Positions 8,721 to 18,775 of a stretch of DNA of 64,000 bases are shown here, one piece after another. Under the pieces are notes generated by a model, which ran no database searches, was not told the DNA's origin, and saw only the letters and a list, made by a program, of their open reading frames with translations. The stretch comes from an uncultured delta proteobacterium. GTDB lineage: Bacteria; Myxococcota; UBA727; VGSZ01. The translations under genes were made by a program, and so were the position numbers. How positions within the stretch are numbered: position 1 is the stretch's first letter; every line of letters starts with the position of its first letter. The DNA is taken from NCBI GenBank assembly GCA_963775425.1, contig CAVZJB010000007.1, positions 64,001-128,000 on the forward strand. The letters are read 5' to 3'.

Positions 8721-9737
8721 ATGAGCGAGTCTCCTCGATCCGCCGACGACATCCAGGCCCTGTCCGAGAAGATCAAGACGGAGAGCGCCTTCGTCGACGC
8801 TGTGCTGCGCGAAGTGCAGAAGGTCATCGTCGGGCAGCGCGCCATGGTGGAGCGGGTCCTCGTCGGCTTGCTCACCGGTGGCCACGTGCTCCTCGAGGGC
8901 GTCCCCGGCCTGGCCAAGACCCTCACGCTCACCACGCTCGCCAAAGCGCTGCACCTCTCCTTCGGGCGCGTGCAGTTCACGCCCGACCTCCTCCCCGGCG
9001 ACCTCACCGGCACGTCCATCTGGGATCCGGAGAAGCGCGCCTTCGAGCCGCGCAAGGGCCCCATCTTCGCCAACCTGCTGCTCGCCGACGAGGTGAACCG
9101 CGCCCCGGCCAAGGTGCAGAGCGCCCTCCTCGAGGCCATGCAGGAAAAGCGCGTCACCATCGGCACCACCACGTTCGACCTGCCGTCCCCGTTCTTCGCC
9201 ATGGCCACGCAGAACCCGGTGGAGCAGGAGGGGACCTATCCGCTGCCCGAAGCCCAGGTCGATCGCTTCATGCTCAAGGTCGTCGTCGGGTTCCCCACGC
9301 GCGCCGAGGAGCGGCAGATCATGGACCGCATGACGGAGGGCCACGAGGCGGTCGCCGAGAACATCGTCGGCCCTGAAGAGCTCGAGCGTGCGTCGGCGTG
9401 CGTCAAGCAGATCTACGTCGACGACAAGATCAAGCGCTACATCGTCGACCTCGTGTTCGCCACGCGCGAGCCCAAGGAGGTGAGCGGCGGCAAGCTCAAG
9501 GACCTCGAGCCGCTCATCGCCTACGGCGCCTCTCCGCGCGCGTCCATCGCGCTCAACATGGCGGCGCGCGCCCACGCGTTCCTGTCCCATCGGGCCTTCG
9601 TCACACCCGACGACGTCAAGGCCATCGGCCTCGACGTCCTGCGCCACCGCGTGCACCTCACGTTCGAAGCCGAGGCCCAGGAGATCAAGGCCGACGACGT
9701 CGTGCGTCGCGTGTTCGAAGCCGTCCCCGTCCCGTAG
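8721..9737 (+). CDS. moxR: MoxR-family AAA+ ATPase
   Basis: HVLLEGVPGLAKT Walker A, RVQFTPDLLP, LLADEVNRAPAKVQSALLEAMQE, ATQNPVEQEGTYPLPEAQVDRF. Confidence 0.96.
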   Translation: MSESPRSADDIQALSEKIKTESAFVDAVLREVQKVIVGQRAMVERVLVGLLTGGHVLLEGVPGLAKTLTLTTLAKALHLSFGRVQFTPDLLPGDLTGTSIWDPEKRAFEPRKGPIFANLLLADEVNRAPAKVQSALLEAMQEKRVTIGTTTFDLPSPFFAMATQNPVEQEGTYPLPEAQVDRFMLKVVVGFPTRAEERQIMDRMTEGHEAVAENIVGPEELERASACVKQIYVDDKIKRYIVDLVFATREPKEVSGGKLKDLEPLIAYGASPRASIALNMAARAHAFLSHRAFVTPDDVKAIGLDVLRHRVHLTFEAEAQEIKADDVVRRVFEAVPVP

Positions 9738-9780
9738 GGGCTGGCGGGACACCGCAACGGTCGTCACGCCGCAGGGCTCG

Positions 9781-10087
9781 TCAGTTCGCGAGCACCTCGC
9801 TGGCGAGCTCGTTGCCGAGCGCCGCCTCCTCGGGCGCCACCACGCCCATCTCGCGGCCGAGCGCGTCGAACGCGACCAGGCCGCCGGTCTTCGTGCGCTG
9901 CGCGGAGCCGACCTTCTTCCCGTCGACGACGATGTCCACGCGATCGTCGCCGTGCGGCACGAGGACGAAGCGCTCGAGGTCGCGGGTGACCGTGACGGTG
10001 CTAGAGCTTCCGCGTGAGCACGAACGAGCCCATGCAGCCCGACACCATCACCATCGCCAGCGACACGGCGATCACTCGCTTTTTCAT
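9781..10087 (-). pseudogene. DUF3332-like lipoprotein interrupted by an apparent internal deletion/frameshift
   Basis: GGAGG SD, then MKKRVIAVSLAMVMVSGCMGSFVLTRKL and TAG (10003-10001); a shifted frame from 10002 reads STVTVTRDLERFVLVP...EVLAN* with strong codon bias. Confidence 0.7.
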
Positions 10088-10136
10088 GCAGCCTCCGCCC
10101 CCAGTCTCCCCCACCCGCGGCGCGCGCGGGAGCGCA

Positions 10137-12176
10137 TCAGCGCGCCTGGTGCCCGCGCTGCCCGCGCCGGGGGTCGGCCGTCGTCGTCGCCGGGGGCGGC
10201 GGCAGGGCGGCGAGGACGGCGGCGTGGACCGAGACGAGGTCGGGCGAGCGCTTCTTGCCGTGCTCGAGGAAGCGCAGGTGCTCGTTTCGCCGGTGCACCG
10301 CGAGCTTGGTGACGTCGGCGCGCCCGAGCGGCAGCGTGAGCGCCTTGTGCATCTCGGCGGCCGCGCCGCCGGGATCGCCGGCGACGACGTGCGACTCCGC
10401 GAGCCCCAGGTGCGCCCAAGGCGAGCGCGGTTGGAGCTCCTCCGCGAGCGCCAGCGCGCGCGCCGCCCCGTGGGCGTCGCCGGCCGCGCGGCGCCGGTCC
10501 GCGAGGTGGCGCAGGTCCTCGACGAAGTCCGGGTGCGCCGGCAGCCCAGAGAGCGGCTTGAGGAGGCGCTCGGCGGCGGCGACGTCGCCGGGGACCGCCT
10601 CGGGTCGCAGGTCGCGCAGCGCCTCCGGCGTCTTCTTCCACGCCGCGTCGAGGCGCGCGGCGAGCTTGTTCAGCGCCGGCGGCAGCGGATGCGCGCAGCG
10701 CGCCTTGGCGCAGGCGTCGACGTAGGCGTGGAAGAACGCCGCGGGGCTGTCGTGCGCGAGCGCGCGGACGCCGGCGGCGCCGCGGGCGGCCTCGAGGACG
10801 CGCGCCATCTCCGCGCCCACGCGGATGCTCACCCGCCCGAAGGCCGGGTGGTACGCGTCGCGCAACGCCTCGCGCGCCTCGAAGGGCAGGCGCGTGCGCG
10901 CGAACAGCGCCGGCAGCGCGGCGAAGGCGCGCGTGACCGCGGCGGGCGGCGCCGAAGCGTCGTCGTGGACGAGGCCGTAGCTCATGATCCGGCTCATGCC
11001 GTCGAACGCCACCGCGTCGTACGGGTCCGCGGCGTACAGGTCGCGAAAGGGCGCGCCGTCGTCGACGAGGAGCTCGGCCACGCTCGACGAGATGCGCGTG
11101 AGCAGCGGCGCGGAGCCCTGGAGGTTCGTCAGAAGGACGACGATCAGATCGTCGTCGGGGAGCATGAACAACAGCGACGATGTCCCCGGCTGGCCCCCCG
11201 CGTGCGCCACCACCCTGCGCCCGTGCAGCGGATAGACGGCGAAGCCCATGCCGTAGTCGGCCTGCCGCCCGTCCCGCGTCACCACCGGCGTGGTCATGCG
11301 CGCGAACACCTCCTTGTCGACGAGCGTGCCGGCGAGCAGCGCGTGCGCGTAGCGCAGGAGGTCGTCGACGTCGGCGCGCATGCCGCCGCTGGCGAAGCGG
11401 CTCGAGATGTCGAGCGGCTCGGCGGGCACGATGCGGCCACCGGCGAGGCGGTAGCCGGCGGCGACATCGTCGTCCTTCAGGTGGAGGGCCTCGAGCCCGG
11501 TGCGCGTCATGCCGAGCGGGCCGAGCACGTGCTCTTCGAGATACGTCCCGAAGGGGACGCCCGAGGCCTCCTCCACCGCCGCGCCGAGCAGGTTGTAGCC
11601 GAAGCTCGAGTACAAGAACCTCTGCCCGGGCGGCGCCGCCAGCGGCCGCTTGGCGAACAGCGCGATGGACTGCGCGGTGTCGAGCGGCGTCGTCGTCATC
11701 GCGTCGTGCATGCTGCGGTAGTGCGCGACGCCCCCCGTGTGCGAGAGGAGCTCCTTCACCGTGACGGGTCCGCTCTTGTCGGGGTACGCGGGCACGTAGC
11801 GCTGGATCTCCGCGCCGAGGTCGATCTTGTTGTCCGCCGCGAGCTGCATGACGGAGACGGCCGTGAAGGTCTTGGTGATGGAGGCGATGCGATACGACGT
11901 GCGCGCCGTCGCCTCCCTGGCCGCCGCCGCGCCGCGCAGCCCCCGCGACGGCAACACGGCGTCGCCGCGCGCCGCGTGCCAGACCGCGCCGTGGAAGAGC
12001 ACCGCCGCCGACACCCCCGCCACCGGCTCTCCCGCGAGCGCGTGGTCGACGACGGCGTCGAGCATCGCCGCGGTCTTGTCCGGCAGCGCCGGCGCCGACG
12101 CCGGCGACCAGGGCGCGTCCTTCGCGGCCGTCGCGGGCGCGGCGGCGAGGGCGAGGGTGAGGGCGAAGGCGAGCAC
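10137..12176 (-). CDS. Secreted serine hydrolase (beta-lactamase class C/PBP-like) with C-terminal TPR region
   Basis: Signal peptide; ASITKTF (SxxK), LLSHTGG, FLYSSFGY, HAGG; TPR-like C-terminus. Confidence 0.85.
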   Translation of the reverse strand: MLAFALTLALAAAPATAAKDAPWSPASAPALPDKTAAMLDAVVDHALAGEPVAGVSAAVLFHGAVWHAARGDAVLPSRGLRGAAAAREATARTSYRIASITKTFTAVSVMQLAADNKIDLGAEIQRYVPAYPDKSGPVTVKELLSHTGGVAHYRSMHDAMTTTPLDTAQSIALFAKRPLAAPPGQRFLYSSFGYNLLGAAVEEASGVPFGTYLEEHVLGPLGMTRTGLEALHLKDDDVAAGYRLAGGRIVPAEPLDISSRFASGGMRADVDDLLRYAHALLAGTLVDKEVFARMTTPVVTRDGRQADYGMGFAVYPLHGRRVVAHAGGQPGTSSLLFMLPDDDLIVVLLTNLQGSAPLLTRISSSVAELLVDDGAPFRDLYAADPYDAVAFDGMSRIMSYGLVHDDASAPPAAVTRAFAALPALFARTRLPFEAREALRDAYHPAFGRVSIRVGAEMARVLEAARGAAGVRALAHDSPAAFFHAYVDACAKARCAHPLPPALNKLAARLDAAWKKTPEALRDLRPEAVPGDVAAAERLLKPLSGLPAHPDFVEDLRHLADRRRAAGDAHGAARALALAEELQPRSPWAHLGLAESHVVAGDPGGAAAEMHKALTLPLGRADVTKLAVHRRNEHLRFLEHGKKRSPDLVSVHAAVLAALPPPPATTTADPRRGQRGHQAR

Positions 12177-12181
12177 GGCGG

Positions 12182-13624
12182 TCAGATCCCGTCGCCCATG
12201 GCCGCGCCCGCGGACGCGAGCGACGTCGGCGGCGGCGGCGCAGCGGCAGCAGCGACGGGCGCAGCGGCGGGAACAGGCGCAGCGGCGGGCTCGACGTCGG
12301 CGAGGGCGCCGGGCGGGTGCGGCGGCGGAGAAGACGCGTAGCCGTCGAGGACGGCGTCGGCGATGATCTGGCCGAGCATGTCGAGGCCGCGGCCGCGCGG
12401 GTGCGCGAAGTCGTCGTGGAGCGCGCCGACGTCGTACAGCCGCTTGAGCGAGCCGTTCCCGCCCATCGCCGCGAACAGATCGAAGAACGCGCAGCCCTCC
12501 TCGTGGGCGACGCGGCGCTCGATGTCGATGACGTCGTCGAGCTGCGGGCGCGTGCGGAAGGGATCGGGCACGTCGGCGCCGGCCGCGCCGACCACCTCCT
12601 CGATGGGCCCCACCACGAGGCACGCGGCGCCGGTGGCGGCCTGCACGCGGTGCACGAGCGCGCGCAGGTCGCGCTCGACGGTCTTGGTGGTGTAGCGCCG
12701 CCAGGCGAGCCGCTTGGTCTCGTTGCCGCCGATCATCAACACGACGAGCGCGGGGCGTCGCTCGCGGAGCTGCGCCGAGAAGGTCTCCTCGTCGGTGGAC
12801 AGCCACAGCCGCGCGTCCGCCGAGGGCACGCCGAGCGCGTCCAGGACGACGCCGCCGCTGTTGCGCTCGAGGGTGACGCCCTGCACCACGGCGCCGGCGG
12901 CGGCGGCGCGCAGCTCGAGGACGTCGGCGCCGCGGTCGAGGGTGAAGCGGCTGATGCGCGGCCCGTCGTAGCCGCGGCCCTTGAGCTTCACCCAGGGGCC
13001 GTGGTCGAGGCGCCACGACAAAGGCGCGCCGCCCTCCTTCTCGAGCCAGAACACCTCGGCCTTGCGCTCGCCGCGCAAGCGGAAACGGCTGACGGCGGCG
13101 CCCTCGCTGACGTGCTGCACGCCGGTGGCGCCGAGCGGCGCGACGACCGGACCCTCGGCGCAGTTCTCCGCGCGCCAGCCCCAGGCGCTGCGCGCGGTGC
13201 GGCCGCGCGGGCCGTACTCGGCCATGCGATCGGCGAGGATGAGCCCGCGCCCGGCGTCATCGAAGCGCTCGACGAGGCGCTCGCGGACGACGTCGGTGAT
13301 GCCGTCGGAGGCGATGAGCGAGTTGCCGATCACGGCGATCTCGGTGCGCGCCCCGCGCGACGCCGTGGCGTCGAGCGACGCGTAGAAGGGCTCGAGCACC
13401 GTGCGCGCGCAGGTGCAGCGACCCTTCATCACCGGCCTCACGCACGGGTCCTCCACGCGGCCGCCCGGCGCGCGCACCACGCGCATGAAGCGATGGAGCA
13501 CGTCGGCCTCGTGCGACCCGAGCCGCGCGGCGCGGTCGAGGTACGCCGGCCGCGCCGGGCACATCCCGCGATCCGCCGGGGCAGCGGCGGCGACGACGAC
13601 GGTGAGGAGCACCGGGGCGAGCAC
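12182..13624 (-). CDS. Secreted SGNH/GDSL hydrolase (polysaccharide or peptidoglycan O-acetyl transferase/esterase-like)
   Basis: VIGNSL (block I), MIGGNE (block III), DFAHP (DxxH). Confidence 0.72.
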   Translation of the reverse strand: MLAPVLLTVVVAAAAPADRGMCPARPAYLDRAARLGSHEADVLHRFMRVVRAPGGRVEDPCVRPVMKGRCTCARTVLEPFYASLDATASRGARTEIAVIGNSLIASDGITDVVRERLVERFDDAGRGLILADRMAEYGPRGRTARSAWGWRAENCAEGPVVAPLGATGVQHVSEGAAVSRFRLRGERKAEVFWLEKEGGAPLSWRLDHGPWVKLKGRGYDGPRISRFTLDRGADVLELRAAAAGAVVQGVTLERNSGGVVLDALGVPSADARLWLSTDEETFSAQLRERRPALVVLMIGGNETKRLAWRRYTTKTVERDLRALVHRVQAATGAACLVVGPIEEVVGAAGADVPDPFRTRPQLDDVIDIERRVAHEEGCAFFDLFAAMGGNGSLKRLYDVGALHDDFAHPRGRGLDMLGQIIADAVLDGYASSPPPHPPGALADVEPAAAPVPAAAPVAAAAAPPPPTSLASAGAAMGDGI

Positions 13625-13752
13625 GGCGCCGATCGTCAGATCACGAATGCCCGCGCCGCCCGTTTGTGCCCGGCCGCGCGTTCGGGCCGGGGCCTGCGCT
13701 GCGCATCGCGCGGAGCGGGGCCGGCGCGCCGACGAGAAGGAGGCGCCGACGC

Positions 13753-14139
13753 TCAGCTCGCGGCGTGGGCGACGAGCTCGTCGAGGCTGACGAACGCGAG
13801 CGTGGCCTCGTGCGTCGCCGTCAGGATGACCGCGGGCGCCTTGCCGGCGTCGAGGGCCTCCTTCCAGCGGGGCGCGCACAGGCACCAGCGGTCACCCGGC
13901 TTCAGTCCGGCGAAGCCGTAGTGCGGCGCCGGCGTCGACAGATCGTTGCCGACGCTCTTCGAGTACGCGAGGAACTCGGCGCTCACCTGCACGCACACGG
14001 TGTGCACGCCGCGGTCCTGGGGCCCGGTCTCGCAGCAGCCGGTCCGGAAGAAGCCCGTGCGCGGCTCGAGCGAGCAGGTCTGGAGCACGCCGCCGAGGAC
14101 ATTTCTGGGGCCGGCGCCGCCCTGTGCATCGTCGAACAT
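13753..14139 (-). CDS. DUF2237 family protein
   Basis: NVLGG.LQ.CS..P.TGFFR.GCC.TGP.D.G.H.VC, GLKPGDRWCLCA.RW; GAGGAG SD. Confidence 0.92.
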   Translation of the reverse strand: MFDDAQGGAGPRNVLGGVLQTCSLEPRTGFFRTGCCETGPQDRGVHTVCVQVSAEFLAYSKSVGNDLSTPAPHYGFAGLKPGDRWCLCAPRWKEALDAGKAPAVILTATHEATLAFVSLDELVAHAAS

Positions 14140-14150
14140 CGTGTCGCTCC

Positions 14151-15485
14151 TCAGCGCCCGAGCGCTTCGTCGCAGGGGGTGCCGAGCGGCTCCTGGTACA
14201 GGTGCCATCGGCCGTAGGCGTCGGACGCCGCGTCGTAGATGTCGACGGCCTTGAGCGGGAGCGCGGCCCCGCCGGGCGGCGTCCACGAGGCCTGCTTGCC
14301 GTCGGAGGTCTCCTTGAACGACAGGCGCCCCGCGCGGGTCATGAACACCTGGGCGTCGCGCTCGAGGATGACGTCGTCGACCTTGGCGTACGCGAAGGTG
14401 CCGGGCCTCCCGGCGAACAGCCGGAAGTCGCGGTTGTCCTCGGGGACGAGGGCGCGGTCGACGACGAAGTAGGTGCCGTCGTCGGTGCGCGCCACGGCGA
14501 ACAGCGTGCGCTGCCAGCGGTGCTCGAAGAAGGACGCGCCCTTGGGCAGCTTGGTGGGCTTCAACGCGATCTTGTCGTCGCCGCACTGCAGCCAGAAATT
14601 GCCGTCCTTCATGTCGAACGCCGCCTGCCAGCGCGCCTTGGCCCGCGGGTCCCAAAAGACGACGTCGAAGCTCTTGTCGCCCTCGCGCCCGCCGCCGGTC
14701 ACGCGCTGCGCGTAGAGCCGGGTCGGGTCCTTGCGCGCCGCGAAGAAGGGGGCGAAGCCGTCGGCGGGCTTGTCGTCGTACGCGATGAACAAGCCCTTCC
14801 CGTCGGTGAGCCCGCGCAGCTTCGCCGCGTCGACCTTCATGGGGACGTCCTTGATCGACGAGGGCGCGCGCGTCTTGAGCGCGGCGACGGCGGCGTCGGG
14901 CGCGACCGCCGCCGGCGCCTTGGCGCCCGCCGTCGCGGCGCCGTTCGACGCGGCGCCCGTGGTCGCGCCCGTCGCAGCGGCGACGGCGCCGGGCGCGCGC
15001 GGAGCGGAGAGCTCGGCGACCATCGCCGGCAGCACGTCGAGGACGTCGTCGATGGAGCCGTGCTTGAGGCGGCGGTCGGCGAGGTGCGAGGCGCCGGTCT
15101 TCACGTCGACGGAGCGCAGGCCGACGAGGTAGCTGCGGCCGACCTTGGCGAGCGTGCCGGTGACGAGCGCGTCGACGCCGAGCGCCTCGCCGATCTGCGC
15201 CATGCAGGCGTCGTCGGCGCAGCCGGCGAGCTGCTTTTGCGCCTCGAGATCGAGCAGCGCCTTGAGCTGCTGCTGCGTCACCACCTCGACGCCGGTCTTG
15301 GCGAGCGCGCCCGCCACCGCCTCCGTCAGCGCCGCGGCCACGCGCTTGCTGACGCCGGCGCCGTCGTGAAAGGGCAAGACGCCGACCTTGTCGACGGGCG
15401 CGGCGGCGGCCGCGGAGGCGACGACGAGGAGAGCGCCGAGGACGGCCGCGGGCGCCACGAGCGAGGGAGAGCGGAGGGAGCGCAT
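14151..15485 (-). CDS. Secreted protein with N-terminal CsgG/DUF2380-like domain and unknown C-terminal domain
   Basis: Signal peptide; VGVLPF...LAGCADDACMAQIGEALGVDALVTG; TATGCT 8 nt before the ATG. Confidence 0.65.
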   Translation of the reverse strand: MRSLRSPSLVAPAAVLGALLVVASAAAAAPVDKVGVLPFHDGAGVSKRVAAALTEAVAGALAKTGVEVVTQQQLKALLDLEAQKQLAGCADDACMAQIGEALGVDALVTGTLAKVGRSYLVGLRSVDVKTGASHLADRRLKHGSIDDVLDVLPAMVAELSAPRAPGAVAAATGATTGAASNGAATAGAKAPAAVAPDAAVAALKTRAPSSIKDVPMKVDAAKLRGLTDGKGLFIAYDDKPADGFAPFFAARKDPTRLYAQRVTGGGREGDKSFDVVFWDPRAKARWQAAFDMKDGNFWLQCGDDKIALKPTKLPKGASFFEHRWQRTLFAVARTDDGTYFVVDRALVPEDNRDFRLFAGRPGTFAYAKVDDVILERDAQVFMTRAGRLSFKETSDGKQASWTPPGGAALPLKAVDIYDAASDAYGRWHLYQEPLGTPCDEALGR

Positions 15486-15631
15486 GGGCGCGGAGCATAC
15501 AGCGCCCCACCGTTCGGCGAGGTCACGGCGGACCCGGCGCGCCGTGCCCGGAGGTCGCGGGCGACCCGGGGCCGGCCGGGTCCTTCGCCGCGCGGGTGCG
15601 TCCGGACGCGGAGCGTGCGCCGCGGGCCGGC

Positions 15632-15647
15632 GGGCACGGGCCGTGCT
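15632..15647 (+). promoter_or_regulatory. Possible sigma54 -24/-12 promoter
   Basis: GGGCACGggccGTGCT (GG-N10-GC) about 24 nt upstream of the receiver gene. Confidence 0.4.
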
Positions 15648-15670
15648 TCCTTCCACCACGGAGGGGCCCC

Positions 15671-16135
15671 ATGAACACGCAAGCGCTGCACGTCTTGATC
15701 GTCGACGATGACATCCACGCCGCCCGCCTGCTCGGGAGGATCGTCGAGCGCGAAGGCCACAAGGTGACGTTGCTGTTCGACCCCACCGACGCCATCCGCC
15801 TCGTGCGCAAGCTCGCCATCGACGTCATCATCGCCGACGAGCGCATGCCCGGCATCACGGGCGCGGACATCCTCGCGACGCTCGCGCGCCTGGAGCCGCA
15901 CACCTTCCGCGTGCTCACGAGCTGCAACCTCGACGTCAACGGCGTCATCGACCGCGTCAACCGCGCGCGCATCGACTACCTCTTGAAGAAGCCGTTCCGC
16001 ATCGCCGACGTCTGCGATCTGCTCCGCACCGCGACCAACGAGTGGCGCCCGATGGAGCGGAGCGTGCCTTCGTACCTGTTCGGCTCGCCGTCGCTGAAGC
16101 GCGACAGCACGGGCGCCATCCTCCTCCCCGCCTGA
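15671..16135 (+). CDS. Single-domain response regulator (receiver)
   Basis: VLIVDDD, phosphoacceptor in IIADERMPG, LKKPF; GGAGG SD. Confidence 0.9.
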   Translation: MNTQALHVLIVDDDIHAARLLGRIVEREGHKVTLLFDPTDAIRLVRKLAIDVIIADERMPGITGADILATLARLEPHTFRVLTSCNLDVNGVIDRVNRARIDYLLKKPFRIADVCDLLRTATNEWRPMERSVPSYLFGSPSLKRDSTGAILLPA

Positions 16136-16142
16136 GGGACCC

Positions 16143-16538
16143 ATGCTCGCCTCGCACGGACCGCGCGTCCTCGTCATCGACAGCGACCCGGGTCGCGCGC
16201 GCGAGCTCGGCGTGTTCCTGCGCCTGAGCGGCTGCGAGGTCGCCCACGCCGCCGACGTCGTGCAGGGCGCGGAGCTCTTCGCGCGCGCCGACGTCGCCGT
16301 CCTCGACGACGACGCGTTCGGTCGCGCCGGCACCTCCCTGTTTTCCCGCCTCGGTCGCGTGGCGCCCGGCGTGTTCCGCTGCGTCGCCTGCCGCTGGTCG
16401 CGCTTCGCCGACGTGCGCGGCTGCGCCGACTACGTGCTCGCCAAGCCGTACACGAGCGCGGTGCTCGCCGACGCCCTCGTCGCCTCGCGAAGCCTCCGCC
16501 GCGCCGCGCCCGAGCACGGCGCGGACGCCGCGACCTGA
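16143..16538 (+). CDS. Divergent receiver-domain protein
   Basis: VLVIDSD, AVLDDD, ADYVLAKPY. Confidence 0.7.
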   Translation: MLASHGPRVLVIDSDPGRARELGVFLRLSGCEVAHAADVVQGAELFARADVAVLDDDAFGRAGTSLFSRLGRVAPGVFRCVACRWSRFADVRGCADYVLAKPYTSAVLADALVASRSLRRAAPEHGADAAT

Positions 16539-16643
16539 GGCGCGACGAACGCGCGACCGCCCCGCCGTCGTCACGCTGCACAACGCAGGGCGTTTTGCCC
16601 ACCTTGCGCCGGCGAGCGCGATTTGCGATTGCCGTCGTCAACC

Positions 16644-17609
16644 GTGACACCCGATGAAGAGCTGCGGGCGCTGCTCAAACGCGTGCGCCAGATCGAGCTG
16701 AAGACGCGCAAGGCCGTCAACGCGGCGGGCCAGGGTGCGTACCACTCGCGGTTCAAAGGGCGCGGCATGGCGTTTTCCGAGAGCCGCGCCTACGTCCCCG
16801 GCGACGACCCGCGCCACATCGACTGGAACGCCACGGCGCGCCGCCAGGACCCGCGCGCGGGGCACACGGGGTCGGAGCTGTTCGTGAAGCAGTTCGTCGA
16901 GGAGCGCGAGCTCACGGTGCTGCTCGCGGTGGACCTCTCGGGCTCCATGAGCACGGGCTCGCGCGCGCGCACCAAGCGGCAGATCGCGGCGGAGGCGGCG
17001 GCGCTCCTCGCGTTCTCGGCGCTGCGCAACAACGACAAGGTCGGCCTGGTCGCGTTCACCGATCGCATCGAGCTCCTCGTGCGCCCCAAGAAGGGCCGCG
17101 GACACGTGCTGCGCCTGCTGCGGGAGATCCTCGCGGCGCGCCCCAAAGGCAAGGGCACGAACCTCGTCGCCGCCGTGGAGACCGTGACGCACCTCTCCAA
17201 GCAGCGCGCCATCGTCGCCCTGGTGAGCGACATGCTCCTCGGCGGTGGACAAACCGCCCCGCCGCGCCCGGCCGCTCCCGGGTCGCCGCTCGGACCGCTC
17301 GAGCGCCCGCTCAAGGTGCTGGCGCGGCGGCACGACCTCATCGTCGTCGAGGTCGAAGATCCGCTCGAGGGCGCCCTGCCCGACGCCGGCCTCATCAGCG
17401 TCCACGACCCGGAGACCGGCAAGCGCGTCCTCCTCGACAGCGGCGACGCCCGGGTGCGCAAGACGTACCAGGAGCGCGCCGCCGCCGAGCGGGCGCGCAC
17501 GCGGGGCGCTTTGGAGCGCCTCGGCGTGGATCGCGTGACCGTGACGGATCGGGAATCCGCCGCGGCGCTGGTTCGTTTCCTGCGACGCCGCGCAAGGAAG
17601 GCCGCGTGA
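16644..17609 (+). CDS. DUF58 vWA-like protein (MoxR partner)
   Basis: YHSRFKGRGM.FSE.R.Y.PGDD.R.IDWN, VKQFVEERE, DLSGS. Confidence 0.93.
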   Translation: MTPDEELRALLKRVRQIELKTRKAVNAAGQGAYHSRFKGRGMAFSESRAYVPGDDPRHIDWNATARRQDPRAGHTGSELFVKQFVEERELTVLLAVDLSGSMSTGSRARTKRQIAAEAAALLAFSALRNNDKVGLVAFTDRIELLVRPKKGRGHVLRLLREILAARPKGKGTNLVAAVETVTHLSKQRAIVALVSDMLLGGGQTAPPRPAAPGSPLGPLERPLKVLARRHDLIVVEVEDPLEGALPDAGLISVHDPETGKRVLLDSGDARVRKTYQERAAAERARTRGALERLGVDRVTVTDRESAAALVRFLRRRARKAA

Positions 17610-18775
17610 TTCTCGCCGCCGTCGTCACCCTGCTCGCCACCGCCCCCGGCCCCGCGCCGGTCGCCGACACCGCCGCGCCGCCGACGGCCGAAGCGCAAAG
17701 CGACGCGGGCGTCGCCGAGGAGGCGCTGCCGCCGCCCATCCCGCCGCGCGAGCTCGACGACGCCGACGCGGGCGTCGCCGACGCGACAGCCCCCGACGGG
17801 GGGCCCGCGAGCATCCCCGGGCTCGTCTTGAACGCGACCATCGAGCCCGCGCTGGTGCCGTTCGGCGCCCCGTTCGAGCTCGTGGTCACCATCACCCGCG
17901 ACCGCGGCCTGCAGCTCGCGTTGCCCGGCGCCATCCCCGACGTCGACAGCGCGCCCAGGACCGGCGACCCGGTGCGCACCGTCCAGGATCTCCCCGCCGC
18001 GGCGGACGCCGGCCCCGGCGGCGCGCGCGTCAAGGAGACCATCAAGATCCCCTTCCTCGCGCTCGACACCAAGGACGTGAAGACGCCGGCGTTCACGCTC
18101 ACCGGCAAGGACGGCGCCGCCGTCGACGTCCCCGCGCTCGACGTGCGCGTCGACATGCCCAAGGACACCATGCCGAACCCCGCGGGGCCCGACGCCGGGC
18201 CGCCCCCGCCGGGCACGGTGGTCCTCGAGCCAAACGCCCCCGCCATCGCCTACGCCGTGCCCGACGCGCGGCCCTTCGTGGTGCTCGGCGCGTTCGCCGG
18301 CGCGGGGCTGTTGTTCTTCCTGGTGCGCTTGTTCGCGCGACGCCGCAAGGCGACGGCGCCGGCCACCCCGGCGGTGCCGCCGCCGCCGCCGCGGCCGGCG
18401 CACGAGGTGGCGCTCGAGCGGCTCGAGGCGCTCCTCGCGAGCGGGCTGTTGCAGCGCGGAGAGACCGCGGAGTTCGTCGAGCGCCTGATGGACGAGGTGC
18501 TGCGCGACTACATCTCCGCGCGCTTCCAGATGACCGCGGGCACCCGCACCACGCGCGAGCTGGTGAAGGACCTCCTCGGCGTCGCCGTGCTCGGCCTCGA
18601 CGTCAGCCTGGTCGAGAGCCTCCTCGCCGACGCAGACCTCGTGAAGTTCGCCAAGGCGTCCATCCCCTCCGAGCGCGCGCACGCCATGGCCACCCGCGTG
18701 CGCGCGCTCATCGACGCCACCAAGCTCGTCCCCGGCGACCGCGCCGCGCGCGCCGCGGGCGGAGGTGCCTCGTGA
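17606..18775 (+). CDS. Bat-operon membrane protein (BatD-like Ig domain, TM helix, DUF4381-like tail)
   Basis: Signal peptide, one TM helix, P.HEVAL.RL and ADLVKFAK motifs; sits between DUF58 and batA. Confidence 0.75.
   Translation: MILAAVVTLLATAPGPAPVADTAAPPTAEAQSDAGVAEEALPPPIPPRELDDADAGVADATAPDGGPASIPGLVLNATIEPALVPFGAPFELVVTITRDRGLQLALPGAIPDVDSAPRTGDPVRTVQDLPAAADAGPGGARVKETIKIPFLALDTKDVKTPAFTLTGKDGAAVDVPALDVRVDMPKDTMPNPAGPDAGPPPPGTVVLEPNAPAIAYAVPDARPFVVLGAFAGAGLLFFLVRLFARRRKATAPATPAVPPPPPRPAHEVALERLEALLASGLLQRGETAEFVERLMDEVLRDYISARFQMTAGTRTTRELVKDLLGVAVLGLDVSLVESLLADADLVKFAKASIPSERAHAMATRVRALIDATKLVPGDRAARAAGGGAS

Noticed and set aside
10001-10003. TAG read-through (pyrrolysine or recoding) in the DUF3332-like gene
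   Set aside because: The downstream coding region is in a different frame, and TAG serves as a normal stop elsewhere in the window.
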